This document shows, in pieces, positions 20,517 to 30,013 of a stretch of 64,000 bases of DNA (position 1 is the stretch's first letter; each line of letters starts with the position of its first letter). The DNA is from Calditrichaceae bacterium (GTDB lineage: Bacteria > Calditrichota > Calditrichia > Calditrichales > JBFXGD01), in the NCBI GenBank assembly GCA_050173015.1, contig JBFXLE010000012.1, positions 1 through 64,000 of the forward strand, read 5' to 3'. The notes under the pieces were generated by a model. It worked only from the letters and a program-made list of their open reading frames with translations. It did not search any database and was not told the DNA's origin. A program made the translations under genes and the position numbers.

Positions 20517-20544
20517 GAAACTTTTCTGGCGAACAAAGAGTTAT
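20517..20544 (+). promoter_or_regulatory. Possible ECF sigma promoter GAAACTT-N16-GTTAT upstream of tonB-exbBD
   Basis: Same spacing as, and near-identical to, the motif upstream of the ECF sigma gene (33242-33270). Confidence 0.4.
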
Positions 20545-20698
20545 CCGTTATTTAATCCAAATCACACCATATTCTCTATAAATTTACGAACCTTGGTTTG
20601 ATATGGCTTCAATTCTGTGTATTGATAATTAGTAGCGGAAATGCTATCTTTAAGGAAACACGTTAATATTTTGTAATTGATAAAGGGACAGAGATTAG

Positions 20699-21577
20699 AT
20701 GGATCGGCGCCGAAGGATTTTGCTTTTTGCAATTCTCCTTTCACTCTTACTTCATATATTTATTTTTTTCATCCTGGACAAAGAAAAATGGCTGGTATTC
20801 AGTATGGAGAAAGAAAAGGAGACCTTTCCCCAGGAGTTAACATTTCTTTTTCCGGAAAATAAACCTGATGATGAGCCGAAACAGGTCGTGGAAAATATAA
20901 ATGAAAATGAATTAATGCCGGATAAATCAAATCTGTTATCTGATAAAAACTCGAGGGCGAGGAATCCGGTTAAAACTAATGAAATGAGTGATCTGCCAAG
21001 CAGCACAGGGAATACGCCATACCCTGATTTTTCCGCTCCGTCTTCACAGCCGAGTATGTCGCAGCCCGCGCCATACAGACGGTTTGACAGCAGGGCGCTG
21101 ACGAATAACACACCCGGGCAGGATAAGATCCGGACGGATTCTGAAAAAGAGAGAGAAGAACAGGATGAGGCGAAAAAAAGTTCGGTCGCAAGCAGCGGTG
21201 CAAACCAGATGCTTGACCAGAAAAAGTTCTCGGTCGAAGAGGTAGGAGCGCTTTCCCTCAGTACATACCAGTGGGAGTGGGCGCCGTATATTCACGCGCT
21301 CAAGGAAAAATTGGGACGAGTCTGGTACGCGCCAACGGCTTACTACAGGCTTGGATTAATACACGGATATTCGATAATCACATTTGAAATCGACCGAAAC
21401 GGGGAGATAATCAGAATGGAACTGCTGCAGCATGAAGGGCATGAATCACTGCAGACTTCCAGTACAGAAGCAATAAAAGCATTATTCCCATTTTTACCTC
21501 TTCCTGAAAATTTTCCGGAAAATACATTGACAATAACAGCAAAATTAGTATACCCAGATTTAAGAAGCAGGAGATAA
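20699..21577 (+). CDS. TonB/TolA-like energy transducer
   Basis: N-terminal TM with SLLLH, Pro/charged linker, C-terminal TonB-like domain (FEIDRNGEI...PFLPLPENF). Confidence 0.75.
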   Translation: MDRRRRILLFAILLSLLLHIFIFFILDKEKWLVFSMEKEKETFPQELTFLFPENKPDDEPKQVVENINENELMPDKSNLLSDKNSRARNPVKTNEMSDLPSSTGNTPYPDFSAPSSQPSMSQPAPYRRFDSRALTNNTPGQDKIRTDSEKEREEQDEAKKSSVASSGANQMLDQKKFSVEEVGALSLSTYQWEWAPYIHALKEKLGRVWYAPTAYYRLGLIHGYSIITFEIDRNGEIIRMELLQHEGHESLQTSSTEAIKALFPFLPLPENFPENTLTITAKLVYPDLRSRR

Positions 21578-21580
21578 ATT

Positions 21581-22225
21581 ATGATTGAATTATTCCAACG
21601 GGGCGGAATAATGATGTATCCGCTACTCTTGACGTCGCTTGTCGCTTTGGCTTTTGTCATTGAGCGGGCAATTCTTTTACGCAAGAAAAAAGTGCTTATT
21701 CCGGAGATTACATCAATCGTTAACAACTTTTCGACATTGAAAGACATCGATCTGGCCAGAACCATATGCGAAAAATACGAAGGCCCGCTTCCGAATATTA
21801 TAAAAATAGGCCTTAAAAATTATGATCTTCCGAAATCCGAAATAAAAGAGATTCTTGAGGATCAGGGCCGGCAGGAAATCAGGAAATTGGAAAAAGGACT
21901 TGTGGTGCTTGAAACATCGGCGGCAATCGCGCCCTTATTGGGATTGCTGGGAACAGTCATCGGAATGGTGGAAGTGTTCGCGGTTATAAAAGATCAGGGG
22001 ATAGGGCAAACAGCCGCGCTTTCAGGAGGTATATCACAGGCCTTGTTGACTACGGTCACCGGCTTGTTTATTGGTATCCCGGTCTTAATCGCCTATAATT
22101 TTTATACAAATAAAGCAGAAGGCCTGGTTCTTGATATTGAAAAATACACAAATGATCTTATTCAAAAAATTGTAAATATTAAAAAGAATGAAAAACAGGC
22201 TCAACCGGATCAATCGCAAAAATAA
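21581..22225 (+). CDS. exbB: MotA/TolQ/ExbB proton channel protein
   Basis: APLLGLLGTVIGM, GGISQALLTTVTGL. Confidence 0.88.
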   Translation: MIELFQRGGIMMYPLLLTSLVALAFVIERAILLRKKKVLIPEITSIVNNFSTLKDIDLARTICEKYEGPLPNIIKIGLKNYDLPKSEIKEILEDQGRQEIRKLEKGLVVLETSAAIAPLLGLLGTVIGMVEVFAVIKDQGIGQTAALSGGISQALLTTVTGLFIGIPVLIAYNFYTNKAEGLVLDIEKYTNDLIQKIVNIKKNEKQAQPDQSQK

Positions 22226-22243
22226 AATCAGAGAATAGGTAAG

Positions 22244-22642
22244 ATGAAGTTAGCAAATAAAAAAATACGGAAAATCTCAATCAACATGACATCACTGATT
22301 GATGTCCTGTTTATCCTGATCATCTTCTTTGCTGTATCGTCAACTTTTCTTGAACAGCCGGGTATTGAGCTGGAATTGCCTGAAGCGGTGAGTTCCGAAA
22401 CGCATACGACTCAGAAAATTATTATTTATGTGGATAAAGATCAAAATATATTTCTCAATGATGATTTAGTGTCCATGAATAATCTTTTGGATGAGGTGAA
22501 GAAGCTGGTAAAGGCAAAAGACGATAAAAGTATCGTGTTAAAAGCTGATTCACGGGTGACACACGGATGGATTATAAAAATCATGGATGCGCTGAGAAAA
22601 GAAGGTATTTATAAAATTGTAGTTTCAACGATAAAACCTTAG
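22244..22642 (+). CDS. exbD: ExbD/TolR biopolymer transporter
   Basis: INMTSLIDVLFILIIFF, LKAD. Confidence 0.88.
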   Translation: MKLANKKIRKISINMTSLIDVLFILIIFFAVSSTFLEQPGIELELPEAVSSETHTTQKIIIYVDKDQNIFLNDDLVSMNNLLDEVKKLVKAKDDKSIVLKADSRVTHGWIIKIMDALRKEGIYKIVVSTIKP

Positions 22643-22703
22643 GTGGACTTTTTAAATCTGAACCGCTTAATAGTTGCCCTTCAACCCGGAAACAGGTGAG
22701 GAT

Positions 22704-24011
22704 ATGTCTAAAAAAAAAGAAATTAATTTTGCTCTTTTAGGTTTCGGAAAACTGGGTACGGGATTTTTTGATATATGGATGAATAAAAAGGATAAGATTC
22801 AGGAACAAACAGGTTTTAATCTTGTTCTGAAGAAAATCCTAATCAAGAATAAGCATTTCAAGCGTCCGGTTAAAAATCTTGACAAAAATCTCATCACGAC
22901 TGATTTGGATGATATTCTTAACGACCCTGATATTCAAATTGTTATTGACGTGATGGGCGGAATAGAGCCAACGTTCACGATAATAAAAAAGATAATTAAC
23001 AGCAAAAAACATGTGATCTCCGCAAACAGAGCATTACTTGCCTCTAAAATGCATGAATTAGCTGAACTGGGCAATATAAATAAAACATACATATTTCCCG
23101 AACCATCACTTGGAGGCGGAATACCCATTATCAGCGCTTTGCAAAGGGATTTGATCGCCAACCGCATAACATCAGTGACGGGCATTCTAAGCGGCACATC
23201 AAATTTTATTCTCTCCGAAATGACAGAGAAGCAAATATCTCTGAAAGAAGCTTTGCAATCGCAGGAAATTATTAAAATAGGCGAATCACTCTCCATTATT
23301 GATTATGATGGTTCGGATGCCGCGCAAAAGGTTGCAATACTCGCTGCTGCCTCGTTCGGGGTTGAAGTAAATTTTCTTAGTATCTTCGCGGAGGGCATAT
23401 CCGACATTACGGAATTTGATATTCGCTGCGCGGAAGATTTTGGTTATAGATTTAAACTCCTTGCCATTCTGCGCGATCATCCCGATAGTTTTGAAATACG
23501 CGTACATCCCACGCTTGTGCCGAGAGATCATCCTCTGAACTCTGTTAAAGGCAGGTACAATGCCTATTATATCATGACCGATCTCCTTGGAGACTATATG
23601 ATTTACGGAAAAGGAGTAGGGATCGAATCCACCAGCAGTTTGCTTCTTCGTGATATTGTTGAAATAGGAACCCGGCTATATCATCGTCCGACAAAAGTCA
23701 ATTATCAGTTGTCATGGAATAATAAGCCGGTATTACCCATCAAAGAAATTCAGACATCTTATTACCTCCGGTTTCCATGTGTGGATAAGCCGGGTGTCAT
23801 AGGGCAAATTGCAAATATTTTGGGTCAGTATTCCATCAATATAGGATCAGCCCATGCGGAGGTGGATAAAAAAGCGAACAATGATAGCTTTGGCTTTGTG
23901 CATATTTTTGTGGATAACTCCAAAGAAAAAGATATTCATGAGGCGCTTGACAAGATAAGGGAACTGGATATAATTAAAGACAGAATTAAATTATTCAGAA
24001 TTCTGGATTGA
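22704..24011 (+). CDS. hom: Homoserine dehydrogenase-like protein with C-terminal ACT domain (divergent motifs)
   Basis: LLGFGKLG Rossmann, GGGIPII, DAAQK, DKPGVIGQI ACT. Start moved to ATG 22704 after an RBS-like GGTGAGG. Confidence 0.75.
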   Translation: MSKKKEINFALLGFGKLGTGFFDIWMNKKDKIQEQTGFNLVLKKILIKNKHFKRPVKNLDKNLITTDLDDILNDPDIQIVIDVMGGIEPTFTIIKKIINSKKHVISANRALLASKMHELAELGNINKTYIFPEPSLGGGIPIISALQRDLIANRITSVTGILSGTSNFILSEMTEKQISLKEALQSQEIIKIGESLSIIDYDGSDAAQKVAILAAASFGVEVNFLSIFAEGISDITEFDIRCAEDFGYRFKLLAILRDHPDSFEIRVHPTLVPRDHPLNSVKGRYNAYYIMTDLLGDYMIYGKGVGIESTSSLLLRDIVEIGTRLYHRPTKVNYQLSWNNKPVLPIKEIQTSYYLRFPCVDKPGVIGQIANILGQYSINIGSAHAEVDKKANNDSFGFVHIFVDNSKEKDIHEALDKIRELDIIKDRIKLFRILD

Positions 24012-24018
24012 GGAGATT

Positions 24019-24672
24019 ATGAAAAATATTACCTTTAAAAACGGGAAAATCTATAACCCTACAAAAATTATCGGAGTTGGCAGGAATTATTCGGAACACA
24101 TCAAGGAAATGCGGTCGGAAAAAACGACGGATCCGGTTCTGTTTATCAAGCCGGTAAGCGCTTTGTGCGATATGATGAGTCCGCTACTGCTTCCCAAAAA
24201 ATATGGCTCGGTTCATCATGAAATAGAGCTGGCGGTTTGCATCGGTAAGTCCGGGTCGGAAATCCGGATTGAAGATGCATTTGAATCTGTCGCGGGGTTC
24301 GGTCTCGCTTTAGATTTGACACTTCGTGACCTTCAGGCAGATGCAAAAAAAGCAGGTTTGCCGTGGGCAGTGGCAAAGGGATTCAATAATTCGTGTCCGG
24401 TCTCTGTGTTTGTGCCCGCGGAAGACATCGCGGATGTGAATAATCTGAATTTATTACTGAAAGTTAATGGAGAAGAGAGGCAGAAAGGCAATACGGGTCA
24501 GATGCTTTTTAAGCTAGACGTGTTGATTTCATATATCAGCCGTTTTTTCAGGCTTGAGGAAGGCGATATCATTTTAACCGGTACTCCTTCCGGGGTCGGT
24601 CCGCTTCAGGAAGGTGATAAAATTGAAGCGACCATTGATCAGATCGCTTCAATTCAGACATTCATATTATAA
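24019..24672 (+). CDS. Fumarylacetoacetate hydrolase family protein (FAHD1/YcgM-like)
   Basis: GVGRNYSEH, HHEIEL, LDLTLRDLQ, GDIILTGTPSGVG. Confidence 0.9.
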   Translation: MKNITFKNGKIYNPTKIIGVGRNYSEHIKEMRSEKTTDPVLFIKPVSALCDMMSPLLLPKKYGSVHHEIELAVCIGKSGSEIRIEDAFESVAGFGLALDLTLRDLQADAKKAGLPWAVAKGFNNSCPVSVFVPAEDIADVNNLNLLLKVNGEERQKGNTGQMLFKLDVLISYISRFFRLEEGDIILTGTPSGVGPLQEGDKIEATIDQIASIQTFIL

Positions 24673-24673
24673 T

Positions 24674-25639
24674 TTAGGCGAGAAGCTGCGCGAGACTAAA
24701 AAGATTCTTATCTATGTTTTTCTGTTTGGTCCATGAATCTTCCAGTGGCGTAAAAACAATTTTGCTGTTTGTTTCGCCAACCATCACATCAGTTCTGCCG
24801 TTAAGTAATCCTAATACCGCCTGACTCCCGAGAAGACTTCCCAGGAGACGGTCTCTCGATGTCGGGGACCCGCCTCTTTGTATATGCCCAAGCACGACCA
24901 CCCGGTATTCCATTCCGCTGACTCTTTTTATTCTATTGGCTATTGTGAAGGCATTGCCTTCCTCCTCTCCTTCCGCGACTACGATAATGCTGCTTGTTTT
25001 ACCCTTTTTGCGTCCCTCAAATATTCTCTCGGCCAATTCAGTGATATTTGTTTTTTCTTCAGGCACTAATATTTCTTCCGCTCCTCCGCCAATTCCAACT
25101 TCCAGAGCAATAAATCCCGAGTTTCTTCCCATCACTTCTATTATGAACATGCGTTCATGGGAATCTGCTGTATCGCGTATCTTATCAATAGCATCCAAAG
25201 CGATATTCACAGCCGTATCAAAGCCGATAGTATAGTCGGTGCCGTAAATATCATTATCAATGGTAGCGGGTACACCAATTATCGGTATCTGATGTTCCTC
25301 CGCAAAGGAGTGCGCCCCGTGAAAAGTGCCGTCACCACCTATGGCAACAATTCCTTCAACATCTAACTTCTGAAGCAATTTTGCGCCTGCCTCCCGGCCC
25401 TTCGGTACTTTCCATTCATCGCATCGGGAAGTTTTTAGTATTGTTCCTCCCCGTTGAATGATGTTGGACACGGAATGACGGGTGAGTTCCTGGTATTCTT
25501 TGTATATCAGTCCGGTAAATCCCCGTTCAATTCCATATACCTTTATATTATTGCTGATTGCGGTTCGAACGACGGCGCGAATGCTGGCGTTCATCCCGGG
25601 CGCGTCACCACCGCTTGTTAAAACTGCTATTGCTTTCAT
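24674..25639 (-). CDS. pfkA: ATP-dependent 6-phosphofructokinase
   Basis: VLTSGGDAPGMN, IGGDGT, TIDND, MGRNSG, GHIQRGG. Start ATG 25639 after AGGAG. Confidence 0.95.
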   Translation of the reverse strand: MKAIAVLTSGGDAPGMNASIRAVVRTAISNNIKVYGIERGFTGLIYKEYQELTRHSVSNIIQRGGTILKTSRCDEWKVPKGREAGAKLLQKLDVEGIVAIGGDGTFHGAHSFAEEHQIPIIGVPATIDNDIYGTDYTIGFDTAVNIALDAIDKIRDTADSHERMFIIEVMGRNSGFIALEVGIGGGAEEILVPEEKTNITELAERIFEGRKKGKTSSIIVVAEGEEEGNAFTIANRIKRVSGMEYRVVVLGHIQRGGSPTSRDRLLGSLLGSQAVLGLLNGRTDVMVGETNSKIVFTPLEDSWTKQKNIDKNLFSLAQLLA

Positions 25640-25838
25640 TATATTGTTCTCCTGATTTTCAGAATTCGAATGAATGAGAAAATTCACTTTTTACATTCAA
25701 TCGCAACGCTCTTGATCAAATTTTAAGCTCGTAAAGGTATAGTAAGGATTCGATTTTGTCAACTGATATATGAAAATATATTTTGTTTGGATGCCCGGAG
25801 AATCATTCTTAACTTGAATTGTAAAAAATACAAACATC

Positions 25839-26639
25839 ATGGATTTTATTATGAATAAAGATAAGACAAATATAGATAAATTAAAGGGTATGGATCGTTT
25901 GTTGTTCGTGATGAAACGGCTGCGCAAGGACTGTCCATGGGATGCCGCGCAAACGCATCATAGCCTAAAGCAATATCTACTTGAAGAGACTTATGAGGTA
26001 CTGGAAACAATAGATGATGAACGATGGGATCTGCTTAGTTCCGAATTGGGAGATATACTGCTTCAAATCGTATTTCATAGCGCCATAGCGGATGAAAAGG
26101 GAAATTTTCAGTTCGATGATGTGGTTGACAATATTACCGAAAAGATGATCGACAGGCATCCGCATGTTTTTGGAGACAAAAAATTAAAAAGTGCCACAGA
26201 GGTAAGCCAGAATTGGGAGCATTTGAAAGTAGTTAGTGAAAACAGGGAATCTATTCTCAGCGGAATTCCAAAAAACTCACCCGCGCTGCTTCAGGCTCAA
26301 CGATTACAGGAAAAAGCGGCAACGGTAGGTTTTGAATGGGATGAAGTGGAATCAGTGATAGAAAAAATTGATGAAGAACTGGATGAGTTCAAAACGGCGC
26401 TTCAAAAGCAAGATAGATCAAGCATTGAACACGAATTTGGAGATCTGCTTTTTAGCCTGGTTAATCTGAGCCGTTACATCAATATAAATTCTGAGGATGC
26501 ATTGCGCAAAACAAACGCGAAATTTGTAAACCGCTTTAAGCATATTGAAAAGCAGTATCAAAACGATCCACAGGCGATGAAGAATGCGCCTCTCGATGAG
26601 CTTGATCGTCATTGGGTGGATGCCAAAAAGAATGAATAG
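25839..26639 (+). CDS. mazG: Nucleoside triphosphate pyrophosphohydrolase MazG
   Basis: CPWD, EETYE, ELGDILLQ, RHPHVF, second EFGDLLF domain. Confidence 0.93.
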   Translation: MDFIMNKDKTNIDKLKGMDRLLFVMKRLRKDCPWDAAQTHHSLKQYLLEETYEVLETIDDERWDLLSSELGDILLQIVFHSAIADEKGNFQFDDVVDNITEKMIDRHPHVFGDKKLKSATEVSQNWEHLKVVSENRESILSGIPKNSPALLQAQRLQEKAATVGFEWDEVESVIEKIDEELDEFKTALQKQDRSSIEHEFGDLLFSLVNLSRYININSEDALRKTNAKFVNRFKHIEKQYQNDPQAMKNAPLDELDRHWVDAKKNE

Positions 26640-26650
26640 GCTGGTAGGGA

Positions 26651-27685
26651 ATGTGGAATAAATTTTTGATTTCCCTGGGGACGTTTGAAACACTCGGACA
26701 ACTCCAGCAAGAGACCGGAAAATTTCTTCGTGAACAAAAAGAGTTTCAGGATTTTGTTCTCTTAAAGCATTGTGTTCACCCCGATCCTTTTGTGTGTTTG
26801 GTGAATCATTTCGATGATTTTGACCTGTCATCGGCGCTAGATTCCCTTAAAAACCTGAAAATTGAGGTTCGTCCGTATCAACCTGTAAAATATCTGGGGA
26901 ATTACATTTGTTTCGGTGATGGGGATTTCACCCGGGATGAAGTCATTTTTATCATATCAAAAAATATAATTCCGGAAAGCGTTATCGATGTGATGCGTGC
27001 ACATGATGCATTGGGCCGACATTGCCGTAAAGTACATGATTCGGAAAAGATGAAAAATCAGGCCGAATATGCAAATATCATTTCACAACTTATGCATGAT
27101 GTTTCATCCATATTAAATCTGAGCAAAAATATTAAAAATTCAGAAGAATTGACCGATCGTGTCCTTTTTCAGGAGCTGACAAACAGGCGGTTGCTTTTGT
27201 ACCTCCGGGAGCCGGAATTATTTCTGACAGAAATCGGCATTAAAGAATTAGTTTTGGATTCACTTGCTCTTATGGAAATTTCAATAGATAAAGTGAATCT
27301 GAACATTAATTCCGACGGGGAAAAAATTCAGGTAGATGTGGAGCTTTTTTCAAAAGCTTTAATTGAAATTGTAAAAAATTCTATTGACGCGGTTCATAAT
27401 GATTTGTCCGGTATTTCAATCTCTGTTCGTAATATAGCATCATCATCCCCTTTTAATAAAAAATCCTGGATGCAGATTGAGATTCGTGACACCGGAGAGG
27501 GCATTTCTGAAGATTTTAAAGAATTTGTTGGATCGCCGTTTTTTACGACCGCGAAGAACAAAGGTCATACCGGTTTCGGCCTTCCGATAGCAGAGAAAAT
27601 TATTTCTGCCCATAAGGGCTACCTGGAAGTGAATTCAGTACATGGAAGTGGTACCGTTGTAACGATATATTTACCATCCGAATAA
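26651..27685 (+). CDS. Cytoplasmic sensor histidine kinase
   Basis: H-box LMHDV, N-box KNSIDA, DTGEG, PFFTT, GTG-like GHTGFGL G2 box; no TM segments. Confidence 0.82.
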   Translation: MWNKFLISLGTFETLGQLQQETGKFLREQKEFQDFVLLKHCVHPDPFVCLVNHFDDFDLSSALDSLKNLKIEVRPYQPVKYLGNYICFGDGDFTRDEVIFIISKNIIPESVIDVMRAHDALGRHCRKVHDSEKMKNQAEYANIISQLMHDVSSILNLSKNIKNSEELTDRVLFQELTNRRLLLYLREPELFLTEIGIKELVLDSLALMEISIDKVNLNINSDGEKIQVDVELFSKALIEIVKNSIDAVHNDLSGISISVRNIASSSPFNKKSWMQIEIRDTGEGISEDFKEFVGSPFFTTAKNKGHTGFGLPIAEKIISAHKGYLEVNSVHGSGTVVTIYLPSE

Positions 27686-27691
27686 GAAATT

Positions 27692-29041
27692 ATGAAAGAA
27701 TCAAAACACAAAATTCTTGTCATTGAAGATAATACGGTATGGCAGCAAAGTTACCGGAAATGGCTCGGAACCGATTATGTTTTTGAGTTTGCATCTGAGA
27801 TTTCCTCCGCAGAAGAAGCGTATATCAGCTTTCTTCCGGATATCGTCCTTCTGGATCTTAGCCTTCCACAAGCCAGGCAGGGACTGACAATACTTGATTT
27901 TATTATAGGACGAGGGCGGGATTCCAAAGTTATCGTTATTACCTCCTCGCAGGATCATCAGGACGCGCTAGAAGCCCAGAAAAGAGGCGCATATGCTTAT
28001 TTTTTTAAGGGGGAAAATATTGAAGACGAACTACCCTTTCTTGTCAAGCGCGCCACAAAAATGCAAATTCTGGAGCGAGAAAACAGAGAATTAAGGCGTA
28101 AATTGACAGGAACGCTTCATTATGATGGCATCGTGGCGGTCAGCAAACAAATGCAGAGCATACTGCAATTAGTCGAACAGATCAGAAATACCAATGAACC
28201 GGTGCTTATCACGGGGGAGTCCGGCGTTGGTAAGGAGATTATCGCGAAACATATTCATAAGCGTAGCCGAATATCAAGAAGACCTTTTATCGCGATTAAT
28301 TCAGCGGCCTTACCGGAGAACCTTCTTGAAAATGAATTATTCGGGCATGAAAAAGGTGCTTTCACCGGCGCAAACGAATTAAAAAAAGGTCAATTCGAAC
28401 TGTTAAACGGAGGAACCCTTTTTCTGGATGAGATAGGGGAACTTCCCCAGTCAATGCAGGCAAAGATACTTAGGGTCCTACAGGAGAAAACATTTTTTAG
28501 GTTAGGCGGTACAAGAGAAATGGTTGCCGATTTCCGCTTAATCGCGGCCACGAACAGTATTTTAAGTGAAGAAGTAAAAAGAAAAAATTTTCGCGAAGAT
28601 TTATATTACCGCCTGAATGTCATCCCTATTCATATTCCTCCCTTGCGTGAGAGACCGGATGATATACCGGCCCTGGTAAATTATTTCACCAGTCATTATT
28701 GTAAAATGAACAGACTGCCGTTGCCGAAATTAGATACAGCGCTCGTTGCATATCTGTCAAAATTGGAATGGAAAGGCAATATTCGTCAGCTGGAGAATAC
28801 ACTTATTCGTATGCTTGTTCTTAATCAGAAAGTTCTCGGGATAAAGGATATTCCGCAAGATATACAAAATGAAGTAAATCCCGTGATCCAGAATGCTCTG
28901 GTAAATAAATATACTATGGAACAATTGACCAATATGTATGCTAATCTGGTATACGAATATTTGGGAAAAAATAAAAAAGCCGCCTGCGAGTTTTTACAAA
29001 TAAACTACAGAACGCTGATGGCGCGTCTTCAAAAACCTTGA
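27692..29041 (+). CDS. Sigma54-dependent response regulator (NtrC/AtoC family bEBP)
   Basis: Receiver (IED, LLDL), GESGVGKE, GHEKGAFTGA, FLDEIGE, FREDLYYRL, C-terminal Fis HTH. Confidence 0.93.
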   Translation: MKESKHKILVIEDNTVWQQSYRKWLGTDYVFEFASEISSAEEAYISFLPDIVLLDLSLPQARQGLTILDFIIGRGRDSKVIVITSSQDHQDALEAQKRGAYAYFFKGENIEDELPFLVKRATKMQILERENRELRRKLTGTLHYDGIVAVSKQMQSILQLVEQIRNTNEPVLITGESGVGKEIIAKHIHKRSRISRRPFIAINSAALPENLLENELFGHEKGAFTGANELKKGQFELLNGGTLFLDEIGELPQSMQAKILRVLQEKTFFRLGGTREMVADFRLIAATNSILSEEVKRKNFREDLYYRLNVIPIHIPPLRERPDDIPALVNYFTSHYCKMNRLPLPKLDTALVAYLSKLEWKGNIRQLENTLIRMLVLNQKVLGIKDIPQDIQNEVNPVIQNALVNKYTMEQLTNMYANLVYEYLGKNKKAACEFLQINYRTLMARLQKP

Positions 29042-29089
29042 TTGTAGTTTTTACAATTTCCCCATATATCGCATTGTAGTCCCTGCAAT
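29041..29089. promoter_or_regulatory. Tandem palindromic enhancer-like sites ATTGTA-N5-TACAAT and ATTGTA-N5-TGCAAT
   Basis: 29041-29057 and 29073-29089, 32 bp apart, about 95-140 bp upstream of a sigma54-like promoter. Confidence 0.65.
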
Positions 29090-29181
29090 TTCCTGTCATC
29101 AACTTCGATGTAAGTCGTTGTATATTAAGTCTTTGTGTCGATAATGCATCTATGTCCTTTAAAAACAATACTTTGACCTGC

Positions 29182-29197
29182 TGGCACACTAATTGTA
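29182..29197 (+). promoter_or_regulatory. Sigma54-like -24/-12 promoter TGGCAC-ACTAA-TTGTA
   Basis: Matches TGGCAC-N5-TTGCW except for C->T in the -12 element. Confidence 0.6.
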
Positions 29198-29227
29198 GTT
29201 GTAAACATAAACCATGGAACGGAGTCA

Positions 29228-29443
29228 ATGAAGCCGGAAGATATCATCAACAGCAATCTGAAAATCAGCATCCAGGATGACGAAAGCGGGAGAAGATATT
29301 ACAGCGTACGCCTGGTTTTTTCTGATGAGGATATATTAACCGTTTATCGGGATAACATGAAGGATCTAATGACTGATTTACCTAATATCATTAGTTCGGC
29401 GATGCAAGCCCGAATAATTTCAGAAGGAATGTTAACTATTTAG
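29228..29443 (+). CDS. Hypothetical protein (71 aa)
   Basis: GGAG RBS; first gene after the sigma54-like promoter. Confidence 0.65.
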   Translation: MKPEDIINSNLKISIQDDESGRRYYSVRLVFSDEDILTVYRDNMKDLMTDLPNIISSAMQARIISEGMLTI

Positions 29444-29457
29444 CGCCAGGGGGGGGG

Positions 29458-29829
29458 ATGAAAGTATTTATTTGTGAGCAGGATCAGTCGAGAGCTAAAT
29501 CCATGCAGGATATACTCGGAGTTTATAACTATACTGTCGTCACGATTAATAAACAGACAGATCTCGTCAAAGAGGTGACGAGTCATAGACCTGCTGTGAT
29601 AATCATGAATGAATGTTTTGCAAAAAACTCCGGATCGGATACGCTGAATTCTTTAAGACGAGACCCGATTACCGCTGGAATACCGGTTATATTTATCGGT
29701 AAAGATCATGGATTTTTTGGTGATGCAGATGCATTGACAGAATATGTTGAGGAACCTATAAAGATAAAAAATCTACGCCATTATATCGACAGATGGACCA
29801 TATTCAAGAGTTTATATATAAAACATTAA
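29458..29829 (+). CDS. Stand-alone atypical (pseudo-)receiver domain protein
   Basis: CheY-like pattern MKVFICE...PAVIIMN...IPVIFI...EP; phospho-Asp, Thr/Ser and Lys positions substituted. Confidence 0.75.
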   Translation: MKVFICEQDQSRAKSMQDILGVYNYTVVTINKQTDLVKEVTSHRPAVIIMNECFAKNSGSDTLNSLRRDPITAGIPVIFIGKDHGFFGDADALTEYVEEPIKIKNLRHYIDRWTIFKSLYIKH

Positions 29830-29947
29830 AATGGAAATAAGTTACCTGATAATTCATACATTTGTAATATCTCTTTTGTTTGTTTTCAAGGGAATCAATA
29901 TCAAGGATGATGTTTTTCATTAAAAAACTGATTCAACGTAATCAGTA

Positions 29948-29988
29948 GGGCTTTAAGATGGTTATTCCATCTTAAAGCCTTTTTTTTT
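29948..29988 (+). terminator. Intrinsic terminator
   Basis: Stem GGCTTTAAGATGG/CCATCTTAAAGCC followed by T9. Confidence 0.85.
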
Positions 29989-30013
29989 ACCTGTTTTTTA
30001 ATTATCTTGACGC

